Positions 45,922-56,041 of a stretch of DNA of 64,000 nucleotides are shown in pieces. Position 1 is the stretch's first letter. Each line of letters begins with the position of its first letter. The stretch is taken from the NCBI GenBank assembly GCA_002506365.1, contig DAXK01000032.1, positions 17,269-81,268 of the forward strand. Reading direction: 5' to 3'. Under the pieces are notes generated by a model. The model worked only from the letters and a program-made list of their open reading frames with translations, ran no database searches and was not told where the DNA came from. The DNA is from an archaeon UBA583. GTDB taxonomy: Archaea; Nanobdellota; Nanobdellia; Woesearchaeales; UBA583. A program made the translations under genes and the position numbers.

Positions 45922-46551
45922 ATGTTAGACCAATTACTCAGTCAATTATTAAATTTATCGATAATTCAAATATTTATAATATTTATAATTTTATCAATAT
46001 TAAATGGAATTATTTTAATTCCAAGCTCACAACTAATTTTGATTACATCAGGAATTATTTCAATATCATTAAACATAAACCCATTTATACTACTAACCAC
46101 ATTAATTATTTCAAACATTTTTGGAAATTATATCCTATATTTAATCGCTCACAAATATGGAAAAAACATTGTAAAAAAAATAATTCCAATGAATAAAAAA
46201 AAATTAAATGAACAATTATTAGTATTAGATTATTTATTCAAACGATATGGGAGTTTTATTATTGTAATTGGAAGAAATTTACCATTATTTCATTCACTAG
46301 TATCAATTCCAGCAGGAATCTCCAAAATTAAACCTAAAACATACCTAATATATACCACAATCGGAATTACAATTTGGTCAATAATATTTTTTTACCTAGG
46401 AAGATACACCGGAGAAAACTTTGAAAAAATCCTAAAAATGTTTGAAACTACTGGTTCAATAATACTAATTACAATATTTATTACACTATATATATTATTT
46501 AAAAAATACTACAAAAAAACATTAGAACTAGCAAAGAAAGAATTTAAATAA
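45922..46551 (+). CDS. DedA/VTT-domain family membrane protein
   Basis: GRNLPLFHSLVSIPAGISKIK..TIGITIW pattern. Confidence 0.65.
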   Translation: MLDQLLSQLLNLSIIQIFIIFIILSILNGIILIPSSQLILITSGIISISLNINPFILLTTLIISNIFGNYILYLIAHKYGKNIVKKIIPMNKKKLNEQLLVLDYLFKRYGSFIIVIGRNLPLFHSLVSIPAGISKIKPKTYLIYTTIGITIWSIIFFYLGRYTGENFEKILKMFETTGSIILITIFITLYILFKKYYKKTLELAKKEFK

Positions 46552-46689
46552 TAACCTTTATAAACCAAAATTAATTTATTATATTATAAAATTAAGATAT
46601 CATAAGGTTTCAAAGCGATTTGTATCTATTGATTTTATGCTTAAAGAAAGTCAAAAAATAATTTTTGACTCAAAACAAATTATATCAAA

Positions 46690-46959
46690 ATGGTTAGTGG
46701 ACAATTAAAAAGTAGAAGATTAGCAAGAGTTCAAGTTAAAACAATTAACGGAACTAAGACAAAATACGTACAAAGAAACAGACAAATTGCAAAATGTGCA
46801 GTTACTGGAAAGCCTTTAAGAGGAATCCCAAGAAAGACAAACAGACAATTTAAGAACTTAAACAAGTCCTCAAAAACTGTTGCTAGAGCATTTGGTGGAT
46901 ATATGTCTCACTCAGCTTTAAAGACTAAAATCATTGAAGAAATGGTTTTAAACAAATAA
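46690..46959 (+). CDS. rpl34e: 50S ribosomal protein L34e
   Basis: 89-aa basic protein. SRRLARVQVKT..G.K..YV......KC..TGKPL.GIP pattern. Confidence 0.85.
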   Translation: MVSGQLKSRRLARVQVKTINGTKTKYVQRNRQIAKCAVTGKPLRGIPRKTNRQFKNLNKSSKTVARAFGGYMSHSALKTKIIEEMVLNK

Positions 46960-47029
46960 GTTTACAAAACTTATTTTTCAAAAGCGACCAAAAATCTTTT
47001 GATTTTTGAGTATGGTTTTAAACAAATAA
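46942..47029. repeat. Exact 18-nt direct repeat ATGGTTTTAAACAAATAA (46942-46959 and 47012-47029) flanking a 52-nt hairpin-containing spacer
   Basis: Read directly. The first copy is the last 5 codons plus stop of rpl34e. Confidence 0.8.
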
Positions 47030-47133
47030 TTTTTAAAAATTATTTTTTCAAATTCAATTAATTAATTCTAAATACAAATAAAAATCATAATAATTTTACT
47101 ATATTTAAAATATGAATAATTTCCTTTAAATTA

Positions 47134-48156
47134 TTAATATCTTAAAATACAAGCAATTGAACCAAGACCATCTAAAATTCTTCCAGACTCATTTTTAGAA
47201 TTAACTATAACTAAATCCCCATTTAATTGTTCAACTAATTTCATCAAATCATTAATCTCAGCATAATTTCCATCATCCTTACTATTCTCAATTAATTTTG
47301 TAGAAATTAATAAAGTTTCAACTGCTCCAGAATTAATTGACTCAACACAATTATCATAACCATAACAATTCTTCGAACCAGAATTAATATTTAATAATAA
47401 ATTTGAAACTGAATCAGACTCTTTTGAAAGTTGTGAATTTTCTAAAACACCTGAACTTGAAACTCCTTTCAAACACTTTGCAACCGCAGAATTTGAAACA
47501 TCAGTCCAAGGAAAAACAATTATTTTCTGCCCAGTTTTATCCTTAATATATTTAGCCAATTTTTCCTTATATATTCCTGGACCTGAAAAAATAATATTTG
47601 AATAATCACGATTCAAAAAAGATTCCAAAATTTTAAACTTTTGTTCCTCCTCATTTAACTCCTCTAAATGATACTTTTTAGAACCTAAACCATTCTTATC
47701 AAATAAAATAGAATAATTAAAATCTGAAAACTCCGCTGCAATCAATTCATCCTTATCAAACAAAACTAAAAAATTCTTAGACTTTTTAGAATTAATAGCA
47801 TTATCCAATAATTTCTCCTCAAACTTTAAAACTGACTTTTTCAAAATTTTAATTTTATCATTAACAGAAAAATTTAAACTATGAGCTTGCCCAACAGCAG
47901 TAAACTCAGTCTCATTACAAATCTCTCCCGAAACTCGTAAAACTGAACTATCAAAATTAGTTTTATTTACATCTAACTCAACAAAAATAATCTTCTTAAC
48001 TTGCTTTGCCTTATCCCCTGAACCAATTTTAACTTTACGCTCAGTTGTTGCAAAAACCTTATCAGAAGGAACTATAAACTGCGATAAAACCCACAAATCC
48101 TCTAATGTTTCAATCATCAATTCAAAATTTAAATTATTTTTTTCAATTAATCTCAT
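47134..48156 (-). CDS. pelA: Pelota (Dom34) mRNA surveillance protein
   Basis: N-terminal ..ETLEDLWVLSQFIVPSDKVFATTERKV and an eRF1-like three-domain length. Confidence 0.85.
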   Translation of the reverse strand: MRLIEKNNLNFELMIETLEDLWVLSQFIVPSDKVFATTERKVKIGSGDKAKQVKKIIFVELDVNKTNFDSSVLRVSGEICNETEFTAVGQAHSLNFSVNDKIKILKKSVLKFEEKLLDNAINSKKSKNFLVLFDKDELIAAEFSDFNYSILFDKNGLGSKKYHLEELNEEEQKFKILESFLNRDYSNIIFSGPGIYKEKLAKYIKDKTGQKIIVFPWTDVSNSAVAKCLKGVSSSGVLENSQLSKESDSVSNLLLNINSGSKNCYGYDNCVESINSGAVETLLISTKLIENSKDDGNYAEINDLMKLVEQLNGDLVIVNSKNESGRILDGLGSIACILRY

Positions 48157-48308
48157 TTTTAATTATAATAAAAATAAATAATAAGAATTTATAAACTAAT
48201 GTAGTTTAAAATAAAAATAATATAATTCTAAGTAAAATAATTTGTAAATAAAAATAAAAAAAAATTATTTATTTAGACACCTTGTCAAAAACAAAAAATA
48301 ATCAGAGA

Positions 48309-48494
48309 TTATTTTCTATAAATTTCTAAATCTAACTTTCCTTCAGCTAATTCTTGATCAGCTAACTTAGCACACTCTTTTGTTAATCTAGGACCTTCTT
48401 CTGTCTCAACATTAGGTTCATCTCCTTCAACTAACTCACCAGCTCTAGCTGATAATAATCTACACTTTTCAAATTTATTTAATTTCTTAATCAT
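48309..48494 (-). CDS. rpoK: DNA-directed RNA polymerase subunit K (Rpo6/omega-like)
   Basis: NKFEKCRLLSARAGEL core. 61 aa. ATGA overlap with the spt5 stop. Confidence 0.65.
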   Translation of the reverse strand: MIKKLNKFEKCRLLSARAGELVEGDEPNVETEEGPRLTKECAKLADQELAEGKLDLEIYRK

Positions 48495-49003
48495 TCTTCA
48501 TTATCCTCAACATCTGATGAACCAGTAACTCTAATATCATCTAAACTTAAAGTAATAGGAATTGGAACCGGCATATTTGTAGGTTCAACTACTACTTCAT
48601 CCTTTCCAGGCACAACTCTTACAACTCTTGCTCTATCCCCCTTAAACGGACCAGCAATAACTTCAACAAGATCTCTCTCATTAACTAAAACTTGTTCTGA
48701 TGCCTTTTCAAAATACTTAGAAATTTCTTCAAATTGGATAGGAGTTTGAATACAACCCTTAAAATTTGGAATCCCTCTTAAAGAATCAACTAATTTAGTT
48801 AAACTTTCAGCCTCTGCAAAAACATATCCTTTTACAGTTTCAGGTCTAAAAATCCCATAAATTCCGTGATTTTCCTTCTTTTCTAGCATCTTCCAAACTG
48901 AATCTAAAAACTTATCCTCTTTACCTAATGCTGCTCTCACAACATAAAATTCATGTTCAGGTGCAGCTTCTACAGCCGCTGTTCTTTCAATTACTTCATC
49001 CAT
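48491..49003 (-). CDS. spt5: Transcription elongation factor Spt5 (NusG)
   Basis: NGN domain followed by the KOW motif GPFKGDRARVVRV. Confidence 0.85.
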   Translation of the reverse strand: MDEVIERTAAVEAAPEHEFYVVRAALGKEDKFLDSVWKMLEKKENHGIYGIFRPETVKGYVFAEAESLTKLVDSLRGIPNFKGCIQTPIQFEEISKYFEKASEQVLVNERDLVEVIAGPFKGDRARVVRVVPGKDEVVVEPTNMPVPIPITLSLDDIRVTGSSDVEDNEE

Positions 49004-49005
49004 TT

Positions 49006-49185
49006 TTAACTACTAAAAATCCCCTTTAATAAAAATTGCCATAACAACTCAATAACAAATCCAATCATCCCTATAATAACAAAACCAATTACTACTACTT
49101 TAAAAGTTAAAAAATACTCCTTTTTAGAAGGTTTTTTTGTAACTTTCCAGACTCTTTTCATATCAGAAATACTTTTGGAAACCAT
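49006..49185 (-). CDS. secE: Protein translocase subunit SecE (Sec61 gamma)
   Basis: Single C-terminal TM helix after KKPSKKEY. Conserved position upstream of spt5. The maximal ORF extends to 49242. Confidence 0.7.
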   Translation of the reverse strand: MVSKSISDMKRVWKVTKKPSKKEYFLTFKVVVIGFVIIGMIGFVIELLWQFLLKGIFSS

Positions 49186-49269
49186 TATACTAAAATTAAC
49201 AGATAATGCTTTATAAAGTTTTGTCGGAATTGGTTCCGACAACGGCTTAGAAGTAAAATAAAATTAAAA

Positions 49270-49710
49270 TTAAAAATCCTTTAAATCATAAACTTTACTG
49301 AAATGATTAATAAAATTTCCATTAACTGAAAGTTTTTCAGCCTCATCAAATAAACTCTCAACACAACGATGAAATGAACCTAAATAAAATAAAGGTAAAT
49401 TTTCCGTATCTAATCCATGTTGCTTAGCATATGATTTATATAAACCTGGCATAGGCCCTATTTCTAAACACTCATCCTCTCTTAAAGCTGCATAAACTGG
49501 AAATAAAAAATTATCAATACAAATACCTGACCTAATAACAGAATAATCAGACAAACTAAAATCCATATTTGAAATATCTCTTAAAAATTTAATCGTATTA
49601 AAATTAGAATTTCTCTTAATTCCAGATTTTAAACCAATATTTAATAAATCAAAACTAGGACTCCCATTATCATTTTTTACAACTAATGACTTTAATTTAT
49701 TCTCTAACAT
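49270..49710 (-). CDS. Hypothetical protein inserted between ftsZ and secE
   Basis: ORF with no recognisable motif. Start uncertain (49710 or 49725). Confidence 0.45.
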   Translation of the reverse strand: MLENKLKSLVVKNDNGSPSFDLLNIGLKSGIKRNSNFNTIKFLRDISNMDFSLSDYSVIRSGICIDNFLFPVYAALREDECLEIGPMPGLYKSYAKQHGLDTENLPLFYLGSFHRCVESLFDEAEKLSVNGNFINHFSKVYDLKDF

Positions 49711-49762
49711 AAAAATAAAAAACAAAAACTCAATTATAAATGTAACTACTATAAAATAAAAC

Positions 49763-49785
49763 TTGTGAAATTTTTAATTTCACAA
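49763..49785 (-). terminator. Hairpin TTGTGAAATT-ttt-AATTTCACAA followed (minus sense) by GTTTTATTTTAT
   Basis: Perfect 10-bp stem 14 nt downstream of the ftsZ stop. Confidence 0.4.
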
Positions 49786-49798
49786 CAAATTCATCGCA

Positions 49799-50899
49799 TT
49801 AACGAATAAATTCTAAACCTAAATCAGCATCTAACTGCTCATTCATTTCTTCAACTCTTTTTCTTCCTCTGATTTGCTCAGACTTAACCCCAGTAATTAC
49901 AACCATAGTCTTAACTACCTTATTTAAATCATCCATAATTTGGGCTCCCCAAATAATTTTTGCATCTTCATCTAAAGTTTCAGAAACCTTTGCAACAATC
50001 TTTCTAGCATCCTCTAAAGTCATATCAGGACCACCAGTCACATTAACTAAAGCACCAGAAGCACCAGATAATTCAACATCTAATAAAGGATTATTTAAAG
50101 CTCTCTCAACAGACTCTTCTGATCTATTCTCTGAATCAGACTCACCTAAACCAATCATAGCCATACCAGCCCCAGTCATAACCGTTTTAATATCTGCAAA
50201 ATCTAAGTTAATTAAACCAGACTTAGTAACTAATTCAGTAATTCCCTTAACAGCATTTGTTAAAACTTCATCAGCTAACTTAAAAGCAGTATGTAAAGGT
50301 AAATTTGGAGCAATCTCTAATAATTTTTCATTAGGAATTACAATTAAAGTATCAACATGTTTCTCCATTCTCTCTAAACCGATCATAGCATTTTCATATC
50401 TTCTACTTCCTTCCATAGCAAATGGAACAGTAACTACTCCAACAACTAAAGCACCTGACTTTTTAGCCATCTCAGCAATCACTGGAGCAGCACCAGTTCC
50501 AGTTCCCCCTCCCATTCCTGAAGTAATAAAAATCATATCAGAATCAGCTAACGCTTTCTTTAAATCAGCTTCAGACTCCTTAGCAGCTTCCGCACCAACA
50601 TTTGGAACAGCACCAGCACCTAAACCTCTAGTTAATTCCTTACCAATTAAAATTTTCTTATCAGCCTTAGTATCAATTAAATCTTGAGCATCTGTATTAA
50701 CTGCAATAGTTTTTGCACCTTCAACTCCAATCTCATCAATTCTCTCAAGTGTGTTGTTTCCTCCTCCACCAACTCCAATTACTTTAATTCTTGCTTGGTG
50801 TTGCTTTAAAACTGCTAAAAGTTCTTCATCATCTTTACTATGCATTGTTGGTTTTTCAACTTGTGCACTTGCTACTGCGTTTTGAATAATACTGTCCAT
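49799..50899 (-). CDS. ftsZ: Cell division protein FtsZ
   Basis: GVGGGGNN and the tubulin signature GMGGGTGTGAAPVIA. Confidence 0.95.
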   Translation of the reverse strand: MDSIIQNAVASAQVEKPTMHSKDDEELLAVLKQHQARIKVIGVGGGGNNTLERIDEIGVEGAKTIAVNTDAQDLIDTKADKKILIGKELTRGLGAGAVPNVGAEAAKESEADLKKALADSDMIFITSGMGGGTGTGAAPVIAEMAKKSGALVVGVVTVPFAMEGSRRYENAMIGLERMEKHVDTLIVIPNEKLLEIAPNLPLHTAFKLADEVLTNAVKGITELVTKSGLINLDFADIKTVMTGAGMAMIGLGESDSENRSEESVERALNNPLLDVELSGASGALVNVTGGPDMTLEDARKIVAKVSETLDEDAKIIWGAQIMDDLNKVVKTMVVITGVKSEQIRGRKRVEEMNEQLDADLGLEFIR

Positions 50900-51156
50900 T
50901 TTTGTTGTATAGCTATAAATATATAATAAAAAAGAAAACTTATTTTAGCTATGTGCCAAAAATGAAATTTTCATTTTCACTATAAATTGTATTTATACTA
51001 AATTATAGAGAATAGTCTTTTTAAATATTTGCTTTACAAATCTGTAAAACATAGTTACAGCGAACCTAAACACATTTTCCAAAATGATAGTGAAAAATAA
51101 AAATTGAGTTAACAAAATAACTAAAAAAATGAAAACAAAATAAAGATATAAATAAA

Positions 51157-52818
51157 TTATTCAGTTGAACCTAAATAAAAAATACCTAATGAACCCTTAT
51201 TAGTCCCCCCCATATCAGAATTTGGTGCTCCAACATATAAATCTCTCACTCCATTACCATCTAAATCCTTTGCCAATTCAATACTATCTCCAAGACCTTC
51301 CATCTGTGAAACTACACCCAATCCTCCAACATTCTGGGAAATTTTATCAATTCCCTTAACAGACCCATTAGAATTTAGATAAATAAAATAAAAAGCACCA
51401 GAATTACTAACAACATCATCATCACCGCTAGCACCAACAACTAAATCAATAACTTTATCACCATCTAAATCCCCGATATTTTTAACACCAACCCCAAAAA
51501 GATCCCCACTATCTAAACCAGTATTTAAAACTGGGAAATCAGAACCAATAATAGAATAATTTTTAACACTCAAATCAGAATTTAAATAAATTAAATAAAC
51601 TTCACCTTTAGAAGTGCCAGAAACCTTTCCATTTAGCGCCCCAATAACTAAATCTAAATTTCCATCACCATCAAAATCTCCAAGACTATCAACTGAACTT
51701 CCAAAAGCATCTGAAGACTCAATAACTCCTGACAACACAGAAGAATTTCCTGAAATAATAGAATAATTCTTAACACTCAAATCAGGATTTAATAATAAAA
51801 TATAAACTGCTCCAGAATTAGTCAGATAAGAATCATCAGTTTGAGCACCAACAGCCAAATCAATTTGCCCATTTCCATCGACATCTCCGATATTTTCAAT
51901 ACTACTACCAAAATAAGAAGTATCTCCTAAAACTCCAGTAAATCCAACACTTTCATCATCAATTTCATCAAACCCCTTAATTCCTCCACTAGAATTTAAA
52001 TAAAAAATAGTAACTGAACCAACATTAGCTCCACCATCATCAGTTCCAACAGCACCAACAGCCAAATCATTAATTCCATCGGAATTAAAATCCCCAACAT
52101 TTTCTAAACTCCATCCAAAAAAATCAGAATTAACTAATGTTCTCGTATACAACCCAGTATTTGAATTAATCGAAAACTCAGAAATGATTGAATTATTGGG
52201 ACCCATCATAAAAATTAAAACTCTTCCCTTAAGAGCGGACCGATACAAACCAACAGCAATATCATCAAAACCATTCCCATCTAAATCACCCATATTAGCA
52301 ATCCCTGAAGTCATATAAGAACTAGTTGAAAAACCTAAAGTGCCAAGGCCATCACCAGAACCAGAATATATAAATTTTGAACTTAAAATATCCCCATTAC
52401 CAAAAATAGGATTAATATAATTTTCAATAGAAACTTTTTCCTCAAAAATACCTGAATCCGTAACAACTAAAACATCAACAATTGGAGAATTTACATACTT
52501 TAAACAATCACTAATATCAATTTTTGAAATTCCAAATTTTTGACTTGAAACATCACACACTGTGCCTGATACAATAACCTTCTCAACAAAAACTCCATCT
52601 GTGCCAGCATTTAAATATAAATCATTTCCAACAACATCTTCAATATTTAAAAAAGAGCCTGAATCAGAACTAGTTTCAACATCAGTAAATACACTTGATG
52701 AAAAATCAGAAAACCAACTTTGAAAACCAACTACAGACACAACCGCCACAACTAAAATTAAACTCACAGCCACAACAGGGTGAACTGCTTTTTTTCCTAT
52801 TAAAAAAAACTTCAACAT
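51157..52818 (-). CDS. Archaeal type IV pilin-like (class III signal peptide) protein with FG-GAP/integrin-alpha-type beta-propeller
   Basis: KKAVHPVVAVSLILVVAVVSVVGFQSWF N-terminus. Six or more repeats of type GDLDGNGFDDIAVG, GDFNSDGINDLAVGA, GDVDGNGQIDLAVGA, GDFDGDGNLDLVIGA. Start at the ATG at 52818 (MLKFFL). The maximal ORF reaches 52866. Confidence 0.85.
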   Translation of the reverse strand: MLKFFLIGKKAVHPVVAVSLILVVAVVSVVGFQSWFSDFSSSVFTDVETSSDSGSFLNIEDVVGNDLYLNAGTDGVFVEKVIVSGTVCDVSSQKFGISKIDISDCLKYVNSPIVDVLVVTDSGIFEEKVSIENYINPIFGNGDILSSKFIYSGSGDGLGTLGFSTSSYMTSGIANMGDLDGNGFDDIAVGLYRSALKGRVLIFMMGPNNSIISEFSINSNTGLYTRTLVNSDFFGWSLENVGDFNSDGINDLAVGAVGTDDGGANVGSVTIFYLNSSGGIKGFDEIDDESVGFTGVLGDTSYFGSSIENIGDVDGNGQIDLAVGAQTDDSYLTNSGAVYILLLNPDLSVKNYSIISGNSSVLSGVIESSDAFGSSVDSLGDFDGDGNLDLVIGALNGKVSGTSKGEVYLIYLNSDLSVKNYSIIGSDFPVLNTGLDSGDLFGVGVKNIGDLDGDKVIDLVVGASGDDDVVSNSGAFYFIYLNSNGSVKGIDKISQNVGGLGVVSQMEGLGDSIELAKDLDGNGVRDLYVGAPNSDMGGTNKGSLGIFYLGSTE

Positions 52819-52935
52819 AATAAATATACTATAAGTTATTATATAACAATTAATAACTACTATCATTAAAAATAATAAACTAAAATAAATAAAATAAATA
52901 AATAAAATAAATAAATAAAATAATTAAATAAATAA

Positions 52936-53589
52936 TTATTTCTTAGCTACAGCTAACTCTTCAACCTTTAAAGTATAATCTTTAAATTCCCCTATCATTT
53001 CACTAAATGCTGCACCTAACTTATCAGCCATTGATACCATATTCTTTGGAACTTTCAAAGTTACAGTCTTCCCAGTAGCTTTTACACCAAATAAATGTAA
53101 AGGAACCTTTAAACCATTAACTAAAACAAAAGTAATTTTATCTTCAATTTTATCAATACTCTTAGCATTTGAATACTCAATTCTAATTTTTTTCCCAGCT
53201 AAAGGATTATTAAAATCAACAGTCACTCTATTTGAAACAATTGATCTAACTGAACCATACATTCCATTAAAATCATAAGTCATACCAACAACAGCTCTTA
53301 ACTTTTGTTCATCAAAAGCAGATTTAGGAAATGTTTTAACTAACTCCTTTTTTTTACTTCCATAAGCTTCATCAACAGATAAATCTAAAGTCCCTGAATT
53401 TTTTTTCATAACTGCATCATCTAAAGCAGGTAGAACCATTCCCTTCCCAATAACAATTGTTTGAGGACCATAAGAATTAATTTTTAAACCATTTTCTTTA
53501 CCTAACTTCTCAGAAGTTGTTTGAACTAACTTATCATTTGCGTAAATATCAAAATCTACAGATACAAAATCATTTTTTTTAAATGTCAT
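52936..53589 (-). CDS. FKBP-type peptidyl-prolyl cis-trans isomerase (archaeal long type)
   Basis: N-terminal V.VDFDIY....V.TT and IGKGMVLPALDDAVMKK pattern. Confidence 0.65.
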   Translation of the reverse strand: MTFKKNDFVSVDFDIYANDKLVQTTSEKLGKENGLKINSYGPQTIVIGKGMVLPALDDAVMKKNSGTLDLSVDEAYGSKKKELVKTFPKSAFDEQKLRAVVGMTYDFNGMYGSVRSIVSNRVTVDFNNPLAGKKIRIEYSNAKSIDKIEDKITFVLVNGLKVPLHLFGVKATGKTVTLKVPKNMVSMADKLGAAFSEMIGEFKDYTLKVEELAVAKK

Positions 53590-53730
53590 AACAAAAAATA
53601 AATTATTTAAGTTTATAAGTTTTATTTATATTTTCATAAAAAATAGACAAAAAAACCAAAATTAAATCCCATGTCACTAAAAAAAAATATCAAAATATTT
53701 AAAAAGTCAAAATCAAAAATTTAGAGAAGA

Positions 53731-54765
53731 ATGCTTGAAAAAGACCTTAGAAAAACATACTACGAATATTTTGAAAGTTTTGAATTAATTAAAAATAAAA
53801 TAATTCAATATTTATATAGTGAAGAGCTATTTTTTTATAAACACGATAAAGAAACAATAAAAGATGAATTTAACCAATATGTTAAAAACATATCAAAACT
53901 TACAAATAAACTAAATAAAGAAAAAATTCAAAAAGAAGAATACCATAAAATGTTAAACCAATCAATTTACGAAATTGATAAAAAACAAAAAGAAATAACT
54001 TCCCTATTTGAAAACCTTCTAGAAAACGAATTAGAAAAATTCTATAACTGTAAAAATAATGTTAAAAAGATATTACAAATACATAAACAAATAATTATTA
54101 CAATTAATATGTATACAAGTTTTACATCCTACTTTTATGACTACTCAACAAAAAATCTTAAAAATTTAGAATTTAATGAACTAAAAAAAGGAGACATAGT
54201 ATTATCCCTAAAATCAAAAAAAATAATTAAATCAAATTTATTTTACAAATTAATCTCTAAAATTACTAAATCAAGAATTGGACACTCAACAATATTTTTA
54301 GGATTAAATAATAAAAATAAACCTACATACATTGATGTTCAAGACGGTGATGCAACTGTTGAAAATTTAATCACAAACTCAAAATCAATAAAATACACAA
54401 AAACATCAAATAAATATTCTAATGATGTTATAGGATTAATCTTAAGAGTAAAAGGAGGATTATCAAAACAAGAAGAAAAATTAATTTCAGAATTTACAAA
54501 TGCAAAAACAAATCTACAATACGGTTTTATCAAAGCAATATTAGCATTAATAATTGGAAAAATATATGAATTCCTGCCATCAAAAAGACTTAAACTAAAA
54601 CATCCTGACCAAAATTTAAAAACAATGTTTTGTTCAGAATTTGTAATAAGAACTTATGAAAATGCCCAAATATATTTACAAAATAAATCAGATGCAGCAA
54701 TGACATCTCCAGCAGACTTACTAAACTCCCCACAACTAGAAATCGTAGGTTATATCAATAAATAA
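53731..54765 (+). CDS. Protein with C-terminal permuted papain-like (YiiX/YaeF, C92-like) amidase domain
   Basis: His-before-Cys order: RIGHSTIFLG ... MFCSEFVIRTYENA. The N-terminal half is coiled-coil-like. Confidence 0.45.
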   Translation: MLEKDLRKTYYEYFESFELIKNKIIQYLYSEELFFYKHDKETIKDEFNQYVKNISKLTNKLNKEKIQKEEYHKMLNQSIYEIDKKQKEITSLFENLLENELEKFYNCKNNVKKILQIHKQIIITINMYTSFTSYFYDYSTKNLKNLEFNELKKGDIVLSLKSKKIIKSNLFYKLISKITKSRIGHSTIFLGLNNKNKPTYIDVQDGDATVENLITNSKSIKYTKTSNKYSNDVIGLILRVKGGLSKQEEKLISEFTNAKTNLQYGFIKAILALIIGKIYEFLPSKRLKLKHPDQNLKTMFCSEFVIRTYENAQIYLQNKSDAAMTSPADLLNSPQLEIVGYINK

Positions 54766-54849
54766 TATTTAAAAATAAAATTAAAAAAATTAATAAAGGC
54801 CTAAAATATAAAATACACATAAATTAAAATTAATAATCTAAATTAACAA

Positions 54850-55998
54850 ATGACAAACAAAATAAATAACAAAACTTTTTCAATAGAAAAAATTGAAATT
54901 TTTCAAATTAAAGTTCCATTTAAAGAAAGATTTACACATTCCGCAAAATCTAGAAAATCTTCTGAAAATATAATTCTAAAAATATATAGTAAAGATAATG
55001 TAGGTTACGGAGAATCAATTCCAAGAGAATACGTAACTGGTGAGAACCCACAATCAGTAATTAAAAAACTACAAAAAAAAATAATTCCACACTTTAAAAA
55101 TATAAAAATTAAATCAAAAAATCAATTACTAAAACAACTATGGGAATTTAGACAAACTCTAAAAACAAATGAACTCTCAGCATTTGGTGCATATGAAATC
55201 GCAATCCTCCACCTAGCATCTAAAGAAATTGGATTAACTATCGAAGACATATTTAAATTTTTAAAAACTAAACCTGACCCTCAAAAAACAATTTCATATT
55301 CAGGTATTATTGGAGACAAACCTTTAGCATTAATGATTTTAAAAGCCTATTTTATAAAAAAAATGGGATTTACACAAGTTAAAATTAAAATTGATGAAAA
55401 AACACTATACAAATTAAAATATCTAACAAAAATTCTAAAAAATAAACAAATAAGAATTGACTCAAATTGTGGTCTAAAATATACTAATTTTAATAAAACA
55501 TTACAATACATAAACAAATTAAACATTAAACAAATAGAACAACCATTCCCACCATCATTAAAATCAAATCAAAAAGCATTCAAACAAGCTCAAAAATATG
55601 GGATTGATATAATATTAGATGAAAGTTTATGTAATTTAAAAGATTTAGAAAAACTTGGAAAACAAGGTAATATTCCAAACATTAGACCAACAAAAGTTGG
55701 AGGAATTTTAAGTTCGATATATATGTATAAATACGCAAAAGAAAATAACTTTAAACCTATTTTAGCATGTTTAGTTGGAGAAAATATTTTAACAAGAATA
55801 AATATTATCCTAGGACAAAATCTCAAAACTTTCGCAAATGAAGGAAATTACGATAAATATTTACTTCAAACTCCAATTATAAATAATCCTGAATTTGATA
55901 ATAATGGCGTTTATACTAAAAATAAAATGAAATTAAACTATAAAACTAAAATTAATTCCAATTTTCAAGAAAACATCATCAAAAAAATCACCATTTAA
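54850..55998 (+). CDS. Enolase-superfamily enzyme (MR/MLE subgroup, dipeptide epimerase or OSBS-like)
   Basis: VKIKID (KxK), IRIDSN, IEQPF, ILDESL, RPTKVGG catalytic and metal ligand pattern. Confidence 0.8.
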   Translation: MTNKINNKTFSIEKIEIFQIKVPFKERFTHSAKSRKSSENIILKIYSKDNVGYGESIPREYVTGENPQSVIKKLQKKIIPHFKNIKIKSKNQLLKQLWEFRQTLKTNELSAFGAYEIAILHLASKEIGLTIEDIFKFLKTKPDPQKTISYSGIIGDKPLALMILKAYFIKKMGFTQVKIKIDEKTLYKLKYLTKILKNKQIRIDSNCGLKYTNFNKTLQYINKLNIKQIEQPFPPSLKSNQKAFKQAQKYGIDIILDESLCNLKDLEKLGKQGNIPNIRPTKVGGILSSIYMYKYAKENNFKPILACLVGENILTRINIILGQNLKTFANEGNYDKYLLQTPIINNPEFDNNGVYTKNKMKLNYKTKINSNFQENIIKKITI

Positions 55999-56041
55999 CA
56001 ATGAAAACATTTAAAAACGACAAATAAGATAGTTAATATAT

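Noticed and set aside
46601-46689. Possible small RNA or riboswitch in the rpl34e leader (hairpin AGTCAAAAA-ataa-TTTTTGACT)
   Set aside because: There is only a single AT-rich hairpin and no recognisable conserved RNA motif. It is mentioned under the rpl34e duplication finding but not called as an ncRNA.
52861-52935. Periodic AAATAAATAAAAT-type repeats between the FG-GAP gene and the FKBP gene
   Set aside because: This is low-complexity A/T simple sequence in a promoter/terminator spacer with no distinct repeat-spacer structure.
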